Origin: Eledone cirrhosa
Taxonomy: Eukaryota
NCBI GenBank assembly: GCA_964016885.1
Contig: OZ024743.1
Location: forward strand, 207,390,001 to 207,454,000
Direction of reading: 5' to 3'
Length of the DNA: 64,000 nt
Positions 11,844 through 25,592 of the stretch are shown one piece after another. The notes beneath the pieces were generated by a model, which saw only the letters and a list, made by a program, of their open reading frames with translations, was not told the DNA's origin and did not search any database. Numbering within the stretch: the first letter of the stretch is position 1; each line of letters starts with the position of its first letter. The position numbers and the translations under genes were made by a program.

Positions 11844-12734
11844 CACACATATATACATACATTTACATATATACACATACACACACACATTTACATACAT
11901 ACTTTTACACACACACACCACATTTCTATATATAAATATATACACACACATATGCATACAGACACATGCATATACATACAGACACACACATATATATATA
12001 TAAATTGAATACAGTTGTTTAATATAGAAAAAAACAAAACACGCAGACATGAAAGGATATCTAATGTTGGCTGGTGGGGGGGGGTGAACAAATATTTGAT
12101 TAAATAGAATACTATAAGCGCATCATTCATTTATAATGTCATTATATAGAGTATGTATGAATCCATACATACACAGTTGTTGGCTGTATGGGAGCTGTAG
12201 TGTCATAAGGCATGCCTTGGGCATTTTAAATTCAGTTTATTACTGTTATGCGCATTTCCGTGATGCCTGCAAGCTGTTACACAATTGTAACTGAGGCTAG
12301 TATGACTTCTTCAGACACCATGCTGCAGATAACCAAAAGGTTACACAAAAGGTTATATTAAGTTGTGGATATATAGTTAAACAAGAGACTTAGATCCATC
12401 ACATCCTGTTAATCCTTTACTATACTAAATAAAGACAACTATATAAAGTGTAGAACTTGACAAACATGATGGTAAAAATAATTTTTACTTTGACAATTCC
12501 TTGATTACAACACTCTATGATAAGGTGATCAAATCATAATTGTTCATCTGCCTTGTCCTCCTCCTCCTCTTTTGTTTTCTTCTTCTTCTTCGTCTTCTTC
12601 CATCACTATATGTCATTTCACACTCAATTAATCACACACACACACACACACATTCACACATACATACATGCATACATATATATATATGCATACATACATA
12701 TATACATATATATATACACATACACACACACATG

Positions 12735-12770
<36 letters not shown>

Positions 12771-14958
12771 TACATACACACATACACACATACATACATA
12801 CATACATACAGACACATACGGAAGTAATGACAGATGAGAAAAGAAGAAAATGTAAAGAGAAAAAAATATTAAGAAAGTGAGGTACAAAAGTGACTCGACT
12901 AGAACAGCAAGTTAATCTGTGTCTAAACAGATTGAACGAGAAAGAATTGTGTTAGAATGGTTCCTCTATAGAACAGGATATCTAATACTTTAGAAAGAAT
13001 ATGTTTGGCCTAACGATAGACAACAATGAACAAATGAAAGTTTCTCAAATAAAAATGGTGGTGGCTTAGTTAATATAATGACGGCTCTGTTGATTATAGC
13101 TACAAGGAAACAGTCGTATGCTGGAATTTACTGCAACTAAATATACATTATATTTATTATAGTCCTTCTTTCGGGCCTCTTGTATTTTTTCTTTTATTTT
13201 TCCATTTTGTTTTTTTTCGTAATGTGAAGATTGTTAGTAGAATAAATAACTAACTACTTGTATATATAAATAGTTTGTCTTCTTTTCTCTTTATTTAAAT
13301 GTTATGTGGGTGAACAATGTATATTTTGTTAGTCCAGTCACTTGGTTTGGTTCTCTGGATATAATAATTATACTTGAAATAGGTGTTCCTTTGCATTGAC
13401 CATTCACTACTTTCATGTGTATATGTGTATGTATGAATGTATGCATGTGTGTGTGTGTATGTGTGATCTTATGTGTGATTGTATGCATGTATGTAGGTAT
13501 GTTTGTATGTAAGTATGTATTTATGTATATATGTGTGCATGTATGCATGTAAGTAGGTATGTATGTAGGTAAGTAAGTATGTATGTAGGTAAGTAGGTAT
13601 GGAAACTCAAAATCTAAGTCGGTGATTATTGTAACATACAGTTGACCTCTGCTTGTATAGTTCTAAATCTAATTTTGTGCAGCTGTTTTACATTTTGTGT
13701 CAATACATGCACTTACATTGTAAATAATGGTTAAAAGACTTAAAACATTTATAAAATGTTAAAAATAGCCATTAAAAATACTTCTCAAGCACAGAGTATA
13801 TGAAACACTGGGTCAATGTACCTAAAGTCTAAAGTCTGTCTTAAGCCAGAAGGTTTGTGAGCCCAGTGCTTATCCCAGTTCCATGGTGTGAAGTGACTGA
13901 GAATACAAGACTCCCTCACTGGACAAGATGCCAGTCCATCACAGGGTTAAACCCCCATCTATCGCTGATACTCATTTTCAGCTGAGTATACTGGAGAAAC
14001 GTGAAATGGCGTGTTTTTCTCAAGAACACAACATGCATCTCAGCCCGGGAATCAAACCCATGGCATTATGATTATAAATCCAACACCTTTATCACTAGGC
14101 CACCTGCCTAAAAGATTTATATAGTTCAGTTCAAAAATTTCCTTAAAATAGGCTTAGTATAATCTATATTAATTCATCTTGATATTTCACTGAAATTGGG
14201 TAGATGGAAATTGTGTGGAAGCCTGTCAGATGAATTGTACTTGAATATCACATATTGCACTGCACTAAGTGAGAGTTATGTTAAGTGTACATATATTTGT
14301 GGAATATTCAGTCACACCTCTTAATCCAATGAGTTGTGTGTTCAGTTCATTGAGGAATTAAACATTCATCATTGGTATCAATGGATAGGACCTTATCAGA
14401 GGGTTGATATTAAATTGTTCAGAAATTAATGTAGGTTTTAAACATTAATTTTAAAATGACATATCTCAGTCCAGAATAAATTCTATTCATCAAAATAAAA
14501 ACCATTAGAATTTCCATATTTTTGCCAATAAGATACCTGTTTATTTATTCCAGTAACATAGAATTTTGAAGTTCTGGAAACAAGGAATTCTTCAAAGGCA
14601 TTTTTATTTCTTTTGTGGCTTTTTTTTTTTTTTTTTTGTGGATGTTTGGTTTTTGAAGACTTTTCCTTGCAAGAAGTTGTTGAAATACCTGAAAATGTGG
14701 AGGGCAGATGGTGAAAGATCCGGATTGTGTGTCCATATATGTGTTTTTGTTTTTGTCCCATAAATTAGTAGTTCAGCAAATAAAGATTGATGAAACAAGT
14801 CCTGGATTGAAATAAAAGCATAAAATAAGCTTTAAAAAATATACAATTTTACACACCTTGCATGAATTTTTATTCTTAAAAAGTATTGAAATATATAAAA
14901 CATAAAACTTGCATTCATTTCGGAACAAGCTAATAGAATCTGTCTTTTCCAATTGCAG

Positions 14959-15073
14959 GCTCGCCGTGTGATTCCAGATTTATGGATTCACCACAGCCAG
15001 GAACTACCTCTTTATGCTGTAGAATGTCCATTAAATGACCCACAAGGTGAACAACTGTCATCTCCAAAAGCTG
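14959..15073 (+). CDS. Host gene exon with DCC/neogenin P1-like motif
   Basis: Acceptor tgtcttttccaattgcag (14958), phase 0; ARRVIPDLWIHHSQELPLYAVECPLNDPQ(GEQLSSPKA); two phase-1 donors, AAG|gtgaac after 15046 and CTG|gtaatg after 15073. Confidence 0.8.
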
Positions 15074-15164
15074 GTAATGATAAAAATATTTGTCACAAGA
15101 TCTGTTCATCTGCTTTTCCTTTCATGCAACCAAATGATCAGAGGATTTAGTTCATGATCATTAA

Positions 15165-15385
15165 ACCTTTATCATTTACATAACTCTATATACAATATTG
15201 TATTTTCATGGTAAAGGCTTTACCATACCTAATTATCTCATATAATATTGAATTTTTGAGATTTTGATATTATTTATTTTGAGAACAATACCTTAACATC
15301 AGTATGAGGGGCCAGTTACAGCCAATTTGAACAGAAAGAGGTGAAAGAATTTTGACTGGATACGGCCGGTTTAAACGCTAAAGGG
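15165..15385. mobile_element. piggyBac-type MITE
   Basis: ttaa-acctttatcattta...taaacgctaaaggg-ttaa; same family as 24118-24349. Confidence 0.7.
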
Positions 15386-16139
15386 TTAAGTTGTGTGTTT
15401 GATTATTGGACCAGGTGGGGCATTGCACCTGATTGCAAGACACTTCATTTCACATTATTCTGCAGAAAAAATAGTTTTAATGATAAATTGTACCTCTTCG
15501 TCTTTATTGCAATAATTATGTTTTTATTTTGTTTATGGTTAATCCAGCCATACTGGACCAGGACATGTGTTTTATTCTGAAGCAAGACATTTCATATTAC
15601 TTTCAGGCTGGATTAAGTCCTTTTGAGGCTCTAAGCACTTAAAACATTATAGTGCCCTCTTCATCATCATCATCTTCCCTTATATAAAGTCTGCAAAAAA
15701 AACCAAAACAATTGAATGACAAATACAATTAATTTGAATAAAATGATGCCCCTCTCCCTTCATGCCCCTCTTCCCTTGATACCCTAAGTACATGATTATT
15801 TTGTTTAATGGTTAATTGGCCCTTGTTAAAATAATTGTTTCTACTTTTGGCACAAGGCCAGCAATTACCCAGTGCATTACTGGTACTTTATTTTATTGAC
15901 CCCGTAAGGATAAAAGGCGAGAGCAAGCAGTTAGGGTTTAACTCTACAATAGACTGACATCCAGGCCAGTAACTGTGTGTGGGAGGAAGAGTGTTGTACA
16001 CTCAGTTCCTTAGCACCAAGGAAACCAGCATAATCTCCAGCCTGAAAAGCTTCTAGGTTTGGGATATACATTGAATTAACGTTTTCTTTCATCACAGATA
16101 TCTCATCAATAATTCTATAATTACTCAAACCATCTAACT

Positions 16140-16570
16140 TTCTATGGAACCTTCCCTACCAATTAATCTAGCCATCAATCACATCCCCATTACATATGTG
16201 ATAGAGATGTGAGCCTCTATTATCCTGTCTGTTAACCTAACTCCCAATCACCCCCCACCTCACCCCACCTCTCATCACAGGTACAGTGTGATGGAAATGT
16301 AAGCTGCTATTATTCTACAATTCTACCTAAGTTGTTGGTTAATTTAACCCCTAACAACATCTCTATCATGTAGACTGTGATGGGGATGTGAGCCCTTATT
16401 ACTCTACAATTTTACCAAGCTGTTTGTTGATCTGACCCGTAATTACATTGCCAGTCACGTGGACAGTGTGATAGAGATGTGAACCCCTGTTGCCCTACAA
16501 TTCTACCTAAGCTGTTTCTAGATCACATCCACATCACGTGGGACATTGTAATATAGACTTGAAGCAGACA
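16140..16570 (+). repeat. Degenerate ~80-90-bp tandem repeat, about 5 copies
   Basis: Recurring gtgat(a/g)g(a/g)(g/a)atgt(g/a)a(g/a)c...tattattctacaattctacctaag motif. Confidence 0.55.
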
Positions 16571-16657
16571 ACCCAGCTTCCTCTGGTAACATTATCAGTG
16601 TTATGAAAATCTACTGTAAATCTTCTGAAAATAGAAAAGGTCAAACAAAAGAATGCT

Positions 16658-16978
<321 letters not shown>

Positions 16979-17022
16979 AACAATATTAAATAAATGGAAA
17001 ACTATATTTATAAAACCATATT

Positions 17023-17088
17023 TATTTCATTATATATATTTCGGGGATATCATATTAACAATATGCTATGCCTTCATCAGACAAAATA
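17023..17088 (-). ncRNA. Type I hammerhead ribozyme (left arm copy)
   Basis: Reverse complement of 18454-18519. Confidence 0.65.
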
Positions 17089-17451
17089 CAATATAAACAG
17101 TTTTATAGATAAATATATTCGACATACCGTAATAAACATCAACTTCATTTGAAGAGGTTTAGTCTAGCAGTGAAAATACAGAGAGAAAGAAAGAGAGAAA
17201 GAAAAGAGGGAAAAAACGAAAGAAAGAAAGACAGAACGAAGAAAAGGAAGAAAAAGAAGAAAAAGAAAAAGAAGAAATGCATGGAACAAAATAGAGAGAT
17301 GGAAAAATAGATAAAGTGAAGAGCTTCATGTAAAGAGACAGAAAGATATATATATATATAGAGAGAGAGGAAATAGAGATAGATACATATATATATATAT
17401 AGAAAATTAGGTAGTGGGAGGTCATTTTGAGTAAGTGTATCAATGATACAT

Positions 17452-17486
<35 letters not shown>

Positions 17487-18453
17487 GCTCAAGTATTAAT
17501 GTAAGGGAGATATATAGAGAGATATAGAGAGATATAGAGAGATATAGAGAGAGAAAAAAATTTAAAAATATCCAGACATATTCGAGGCGTAGAAAACCCT
17601 ATGTTTTAATGTATTAGTATTTATAAAACTTACACTACACTGTAAATATCAGTATTCCTGAATGAAACAAGTATTCACAATGTGTGAAAATTGATTATCT
17701 TATGTTTAGTTTTAAAAATTCATATGTCTATGTGACAGCTACAAATCTCAATGTGAATCCAACTGATTCACTTCGCAAACTCTAAGTTATCGGAAAACAT
17801 TCTCAATGTGGTATAAAAATTTGAGCGTATTATTATTCTTGCGATTACTCTACAAGATTATCTATCAAGCAGAAATAGAGAGCAGATTTCAATATACTAA
17901 TCGAAAATATATATTATATTATAAACATAATAATAAGTAAAAATATAGAATAGAAAACTAAAAAAATATTACGAAAGAATATTACATAATAAAAATATTG
18001 CATATTAAAAATACTACGTATTAAAAAATATTACGTATTAAAGATTTACATATAAAAATTTACATATAAAAATATACATATAAAAATTTACATATAAAAA
18101 TTTACATATAAAAATATATAAAAATATAAAAAAAAAAAAAATATTAAAAAAAAAATAAATAAAATAAAAATAAAAATATTATAGAATACTACAATACTAA
18201 AAGAATAAAAGTAAAAATAAAAATAAAAATAAAAATAAAAATGAAAATAAAAATAAAAATAAAAATAAAAATAAACCACAAAAAAACAACCCTTCAAAGT
18301 TAATTGACAATATATTGCCACGTTCACTACAAGACAAAGCCAAAAATTATCTATCAAATCACATCTAGCAAAGAATATCGTAAAAAAATTCAAATGAAGT
18401 TGATGTTTATTACGGTATGTCGAATATATTTATCTATAAAACTGTTTATATTG

Positions 18454-18519
18454 TATTTTGTCTGATGAAGGCATAGCATATTGTTAATATGATATCCCCG
18501 AAATATATATAATGAAATA
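18454..18519 (+). ncRNA. Type I hammerhead ribozyme, minimal palindromic stem III
   Basis: Stem I tattttgt/atgaaata; CTGATGA at 18462-18468; imperfect stem II ggcatagcatatt-gtt-aatatgatatccc; GAAA at 18500-18503; stem III atatatat; UA cleavage site at 18510-18511. Confidence 0.65.
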
Positions 18520-19583
18520 AATATGGTTTTATAAATATAGTTTTCCATTTATTTAATATTGTAAATATACTCCAAATATTTGTCGAGTGCTTTTATATCA
18601 GTTATAAATATTTACTAGTTGTAACCCAACAATTTTAAATATAACTTTACATGTATATATTTATATATATATTTATATATATATATATTTATATATATAT
18701 TTATATATATATATTTATATATATAATATATATATATGTATATATATATAATGTGGAAAGTACTATATGAAAGAAGGCTGAAACAATGCATGTAAGATGA
18801 AGGCAACAAAAATGTTAGTTACCTCGTAATCTTTGTTTTCAAAGTGAATAGACCGGAATGTTTTTCCCCTGAGAGTTCCTTATACTCTGAAAAAGGGAAT
18901 TTTAAGTCCTGGAATATTAGGATAAAGGAAACAACAACAAAAGAAAACGATGATTACCAGGTAACTAACTTTTTCATTGCCTTCATCTTACCATCCATTT
19001 TGCAAAGTTTAGTCTTCTTACGTATATCACTTTCCACGTTATATATTATATACAATGTTTGAAGCAAACTACAACATTTTGTTATATATATATGTATATA
19101 TAAAATAGGTAGATATAATATCATGTTGAGAACAGTATATTGTATATATGTGTGTGTGTCTATATATATATATATATATACTAGATGTCTAGCCAACATT
19201 GTTTGAGAAAAAAAGAGAAAGATTTTGCAATTTCAGTTATTTTTTGGTTATTTTTCCTTCATTTAACTTTAACCTTAAACCCTGAACTTAAAATGTAAAC
19301 ATACACCATAAAGCTTAAATCCTTTAAACCTTAAATCAGAACCTTAATCTCTGCATCCTGCATTAGAGTTGGGTATTGCTGAAACCATGCCTGAATAGAA
19401 TAAATTACAAAAATACTGTATCAAATGTATATTGTTTAATGCAGGTGTGGGCAAGGTGGTGTGGTTAAGAAGGGCACGTCATAGCCATATGGTTGTAGTT
19501 TTAATTAGGTTTCTTTTATAGTAGCCTAAAGTTTACCAATATGTTGTGAGTGAAATTTTGAAAATGGATCTGTATATGTTTGC

Positions 19584-19624
<41 letters not shown>

Positions 19625-19954
19625 CATCACCATTACCATTTTACGTCCATTCTTCCATGCTAGCATGGGTTAGACGAGTTGTCCAGTTGTGGACAATGAC
19701 AGGTCAGGTGACCATGTCTTGCTCATACAGAACTGATTTTGGCTTGATTTCTACAGCTGAATGCCCTTCCTAACACCAACCCCATTTACAGTGACTACTG
19801 TGTGCATTTTATCGTGGCACCTACAGAACCACTTACAGTGTGGACTGGGTGCTTTTTTGTCATGACACTGCACGACCACTTTACAGTGGAAGGGGATGGG
19901 GCCATATTGTCTATATGCTTCAGCTTTGGCTTGTACCCGTATATATATATATAT

Positions 19955-20660
19955 ATATCTAAGAACGTAGATTTTATATGTGGCCGATGCTCAGGTGCAA
20001 TAAGTAGCAAGTGCCCTCAGGATACTAGCTCTTTCTATTGCCCAGATGGTTCTATAGAAATGGTGGACACCTTCCGTTACCTGGGTGACAAAATCAGCAG
20101 TGGTGGAGGGTGCTCTGAAAGTACAGTAGCTAGAGTCAGAACAGGATGGAAAAAGTTCAGAGAGCTAATACCACTATTGGCCACTATAGGTTTTTCTCTA
20201 AAAATGAAAGGCAGATTGTCTGATGCCTGTATACGAACAGCAATGTTACATGGCAGTGAAGACCCGCCTTGCCTATGTACAAAGTGAAATCTACAGTCAG
20301 TAGGCACCTCTTAACCAAATATATACACCTATTGCCCCCACTTCCACCAACACCTCCCTTTCTCCGTAAAGTTATGTTGGTCCCACAACATCCAGTCCAA
20401 AATAAATGAGGTTGTGTAGGTGTCACGACAAAAAAAAAAACATACAGTCCACGCTGTTATGTAGGTAACATGGTAAAAACTTCCCAGTCCACACTGTAAA
20501 CGTGGTTGGTGTTAGGAAGAGCATCCAGCCGTAGAAAACCTGCCAGACACTCCTATACGAGCGAGACATGCTGACCCGACCAATCTTGCCTCAAGTAGGA
20601 CAATTCCCATCTAAACTCATGCTAGCGTGGAAGATAGATGTTAAACGATGATGATGATGA
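19955..20660 (+). mobile_element. 5'-truncated, internally deleted RTE LINE (subfamily A)
   Basis: KNVDFICGRCSG...RVRTGWKKFRELIPLL...MLHGSE jumps directly to the ORF end (gacccgcc), then 3' UTR and (gat)n; an opposite-strand RTE tail is adjacent at 19625-19935. Confidence 0.85.
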
Positions 20661-23412
20661 TATATATATATATATACTTTGGGAGTGTCATGCTGCCAGT
20701 AAAAACACATGCGCCTGTTGGATTTCACTTCAATTTATTATTATAGTTTCCCAGTCAGTTTATTTAATAACTGGATGGTTGTTTAGTTGTTGATTGTCAT
20801 CAAAGCTCTTTTGTCACACATACTGTGACCACCTCAGTGACTATTTGTGTTGTTATTTCGTGTCTCTCCTTTGTTCTGTCTCACACCATCTTATTTTTGT
20901 GAGCTGTGTACTTGGACTGTGCATGTGTGATATCTGGGTTTGTGTGTGTATGTGTGTGTGTGTTTATTTATTTAATTTTTGAAATATATATTTTTTTGTT
21001 TATTTATACATTTATTTTATTTATTTTCTCTCATTCCTTGTCATTACTTGGTTACTTGTTCTATCTGTGTGGGTCTGGTTTATTTCATTAGTTTAGTTCT
21101 TGTATGTCTTTATATATCCTTAGTTACTACGTTGTGGGGTTGTTGCTATTCTACTTGTGCTTTCTATTTAGTTTTGGTCAGAGTTCGTTTATGTTTGTCA
21201 CTTCAGTAATCTGCCAGAACATAGCATCTGTTCAGTGTGTGGATATAATTTTTATCTCGATGTTCTTCAGTGAGTTCCTATGTTCTATTATGGCATGTTA
21301 GTGGAGTACTGATGATTTTTTCTCAACTTGGAGTACTCACAGGTTAAGCCCACAAATTAACTGTAAAACTGGGAATGTAGTATATAGCATAAGATGCATG
21401 GAGGGTCAGTGTTGGAATAGGAACAAGACATACTTAGGTGGCCCATAGCATAGGAGAAAGGATAAAAGAACACTGGCAAGAATTCCAATACACTAGTTCA
21501 AACTTGCAGAGAGTATATCTCTCTTCTTACATATATGTATCTATATAGTGAAAAAGCAACAGACATATATAGGACAGAGAGAGAAGGAGAGAGAGAGATG
21601 GAATGATGGACAGCCAACAGAAAAATACATTTTTTTCTCATAACTTTCTTAATAATGTATATTTTGCAGTGAGACTTTTTCAAAGGTGCAGATACCAAAT
21701 ATGTTGATAAAGTTAATACAAAAAATTTGATATTTTCACTTGTGGAAACTGCTGATTTTAAAACAAAGGATTATCAACTTTTATTTATAAAAGACAACTT
21801 GTTTATTTAAACACAATTTATATAATAAATATGATTTAAGAAAAAGATAAAAATATGCACACACACACACACATACTCCTCTTACATTCCAACCTCTTCA
21901 TTCTCCAAATTTTGTTTTTTCCTCATGTAGGACTAATGTTTGAGACATTGAAACATTCTTATTTCTTTTTTCGACAAGTGTGAAATTAATAAGATTTTGT
22001 ATAATTCTATTTCTTTGTTTGTCTAGTTTATTTTGAAATATGATAATGAAAATTATTGTGTGCAGTGTTCAGGTGCACTACAACTCATCAAGAGTGCATG
22101 TATAGTACATAGAATAATAATAATCATCATCATCATCATTGAATGTGTGTTATTTTGGTTCGAGTTTTGCCACCTGTTGCCCGTCTCTGGCATGTTTTAT
22201 TTGGAAATTATTTCTAGATATTGTAAAGTCAAACACTTTGAGTTTACAAAAGAAACTGCCATAAATTTCTGGCTCTCAGGGCCGGTTTTCTTTTCTTTTT
22301 ATTGGAAATTATTTTCAAAATGCCATCAAATTTGGTGGTGAAAATTAACAACATGAGGAGGAGAGGGATTGCAGGCTGTGCCTTTCTCTCCCTCAATAGC
22401 AGCCATTTTCTGACATTGACAGTGGCAGTCACTACTCACATGACCAACACTACTGCCAGAATAACAGCAAAGACTAACACTAGGAGAAATAAAACAAAAC
22501 AAAAGGACCAAAATGAAAATCTGTTTTTTGGTGTTTTTTTAACACAAAAGAAAATACATGTTTGATGAAAACAGATGAAATCAATATAACCGACACCACC
22601 ACCACGACCACCACCACCACAACAACAACACTAACGATACCATCACCACCACCATGATCACAACAACAATAAATGTGAGAGATCACAGCTCTGATACTAT
22701 GACATCACACAGAGAAATCACAGCACCAAAACTATGGACATGTGGTTAGAATGTCTCAGGAAAGAATTGCTGGACAGATTTTACAGGCAAAACCAATAGG
22801 TAGGAGAGCCAGGGGTAGACCCTGAACAAGATGGTTGGATTACATCCATGAGCTCGGCTGGTCACGCTTGGGGATCCAGCTGGATCAGTTGGAAACGGTT
22901 ACTTCTGACAGGACATTCTGGAAGGAGTGTTTGAGGACTCTGCCCTCATGACCCTCTCAGAAATAAGTGGGTGAAGAAGAAGTTATTATCGATTCTGTAT
23001 ATTCTGGATTCCCATGCTGCCTTCTCTCACCAGAAAAAAAACAAAAACATTTTGATAGGTGCTGCGACTGACAGAAAGAATCAGCAATGGGAAGACTAAT
23101 AGAAACACAGTTTCCTTGGTCCACTCTAACGATCTGCCCTTTTCTTCTTTGTATATCATAAAAAAAACAGAGGTGGTTTCAGGTGGGTGGGTTGGCATCT
23201 AAAGAGATAAAAGAAAATTTGTCTTGCACGTCCAGTCAAAAGACATCCTTATAAAATTTGTTTTTGAGATCTATCTCTCCTTTATTAACCATTCCCTTAT
23301 TCTGTGTGTTATATAATCCTACATTCTAGAATACTTCCTTCTAATATTCCTAACAGTGAAGACTCTAGATTTTAGAAGATTCCTTAGTATTATATTCTCA
23401 TCTGTTTTGTAG

Positions 23413-23592
23413 ATTTCTCAACAATATGTGAAGTACTGCAAACCTATGTACCCCAGTCCCCTAAGGAAATCCACCTTGAAAAGGGAGAGTTCTTAAAAGT
23501 TGTTGAGAAAGACTCCAATGGGTGGTGCCGAGGGGTGATGGGCACAAATATTGGCTGGTTTCCAGGCAGTTTCGTCAAAGAGATTAGAACAG
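23413..23592 (+). CDS. Host gene exon: SH3 domain (absent from the ORF track)
   Basis: Acceptor tctgttttgtag, donor CAG|gtaaat, 180 nt, phase 1-1; DFSTICEVLQTYVPQSPKEIHLEKGEFLKVVEKDSNGWCRGVMGTNIGWFPGSFVKEIRT fits the SH3 pattern (..Y.....E..L..G....V......GW..G.....GWFP..FV). Confidence 0.92.
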
Positions 23593-24068
23593 GTAAATTA
23601 TAAATACTCATAATGTATGGTTGATGCATGCATTTTGTTTGTGCAATGTTTTATTAACAAGTCTTGCCTGCAAGAATATGGAATGGTAAAACTGCTACAG
23701 CTTCTCAATCATATCTGCAACTAATTCACAATATATTAACTGGTTTTGTACCCTGGGGTCGGGCTGCCTATGCTCTGAATTCAAATCCTGCTGAGGTCAA
23801 CTTTGCCTTTTATCCTTTCGGGGTTGATAAAAAAAAAAATAAAAAAAAATACCAGTCTAGAACTGGGGTCAATTCTTTCTTATTTCCTCTCTATCACACT
23901 CCCTCCTCTGGAAGAAATCAGCTGTGTTCAGACCTGGAGAGAGGATGAGCTTCGCCAGGTTTTAAAAAAATACCCAAAAGATGTGTACATCATTACAGAG
24001 CCTCTAAAGATCCATCACGAGTGACAGGTCTACACATTTATACATAGTTTTTACTGCTTCTTTTTCAG

Positions 24069-24097
24069 CATATCGAGCATGGCCACTCCCCAAATAG
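24069..24097 (+). CDS. Probable last coding exon of the host gene
   Basis: Strong acceptor tttttactgcttctttttcag; phase 1 gives AYRAWPLPK-TAG. Confidence 0.65.
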
Positions 24098-24117
24098 TAT
24101 CAGTGGAGTATTCTTAA

Positions 24118-24349
24118 CCCTTTAGCATTTACATTACTCTATATTTACATTATATTTCCTATTATATTTTCACAATAAACACTTTATCTCACATAATTAT
24201 CTCACATAATATCGAATCAATGAGATTTTGATACTATTTATTTTGAGAACAATACCTTAACATAAGTATGAGTGGCTGGATATGGCCAGTTTGAACAGAA
24301 AGAGGTGACAGAATTCTGGCTGGATATGTCTGGTTTAAATGCTAAAGGG
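24118..24349. mobile_element. piggyBac-type MITE with TTAA target duplication
   Basis: TTAA-ccctttagcattta...taaatgctaaaggg-TTAA, 14-bp perfect TIR. Confidence 0.85.
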
Positions 24350-25059
24350 TTAAATCATAGTTAACAAAGGGAGTGGAATCTAAGCCTCCCAACCCTGCAC
24401 ACAAATCCACAAAATAAAGTTCTAGTTGAAGGAAGTGGATTGGTAGAAGTGTTAAAACATTGGATGAGATGTCTTGCAGTATCTCTCATAACTATGTGTA
24501 TTCTGATGTTAAATCTTGTTTCATGTCACTGGGAAAATAGTGATATGATAGGATTAAAACCTCACCACCATCATTAATACCTCACCACCACCATCATTGA
24601 AACAAAGAAATCTCAAGCTGATTGATTATTGAGATGATGATGATGGTAGAGGTCATTATGACAACCATTATGAGAGAAGTGATGATAATGGTGGTGGTGG
24701 GTATGATGATGGAGGTGATGGGGATAGTACTGGTGGTTATAATGACAATGATTATGATGGAAGTCATGATGATAATGATGATAGTGGATTGTGGTGGTGG
24801 TGGTGGTGGTGGTGAAGATGAGAACATGACTGTCAACAAAATACAACAAAAGTCTGTAACAACAACAAGAGGCAGTTACAACAACAAGAGACAGTTACAA
24901 CAACAGCAGCAATAATAAGATATTGATTAGAACTTCAGTTCTGTGTGATTAGAATGTCTACTGAAAGAATCACTGGACAGATTTTACAGGCAAAAGTCAA
25001 CTGGCAGGAGACCCAGAGTTGATAAGCAAGATGGTTGAAGAACATCCATGACTGAAACA

Positions 25060-25592
25060 TACATCTAGTTGGCACCTCTTAACCATTATACACTGCCCTT
25101 CCATACACTGCCCTCTTAACCATTATACACTGCCCTTCCATACACTTTTCATACCCCAACACTCATCCACCCACTTCTGTTTACACCACCCCTACACTGT
25201 AAGTGGTGTGACAACAAAAAGCACCCAGGCCACACTGTAAAGTGGTCGTATAGGTATCACGACAAAATGCACCCAACCCACTCTGTAAAGTGGTCGTGTA
25301 GGTGTCATTACAAAAAGCACCCAACCCACACTGCAAAGTGGTCGTATAGGTATCATGACAAAAAGCACCCAACCCACTCTGTAAAGTGGTCGTGTAGGTG
25401 TCATGACAAAAAGCACCCAGTACTCACTGTAAATGTGGTTGGCATTAGGAAGGGCATCCAGCCATAGAAACCAAGCCAGAAACAGTTCTGTATGAGCAAT
25501 ACACGGTCACCTGACTCAATTTCCCTCAAATAGGACAACCTGTCTAACCCATGCTAGCGTGGTAAATGGACATTAAACAATTATGATGATGA
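25060..25592 (+). mobile_element. RTE 3' UTR copy with an internally expanded ~45-bp tandem unit
   Basis: About 5-6 copies of aaaaagcacccaacccacactgtaaagtggtcgtgtaggtgtcatgac, then the standard tail. Confidence 0.75.

Larger units (their letters stand above)
16980..18562. mobile_element. Non-autonomous element bounded by perfect 174-bp inverted repeats carrying hammerheads (Penelope-like)
   Basis: 16980-17153 is the exact reverse complement of 18389-18562; the interior is low-complexity and non-coding; (TA)n on both sides. Confidence 0.75.

Noticed and set aside
17154-18388. Penelope RT or GIY-YIG coding remnant between the inverted arms
   Set aside because: No recognisable motifs in the frames I read; mostly low-complexity sequence.
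18845-18960. Possible extra exon (VNRPECFSPESSLYSEKG...NDDYQ) with a good CAG|gtaact donor
   Set aside because: It ends in phase 0 while the SH3 exon needs phase 1, and I found no compensating exon before 23413. The acceptor is a weak AAG. RNA-seq could rescue it.
19262-19350. Telomere-like aaccct repeats
   Set aside because: Too degenerate and short; at most a worn simple repeat.
24594-24915. His/Met/Thr-rich ORFs
   Set aside because: Degenerate (gat/ggt/caa)n trinucleotide repeats with no exon signals.
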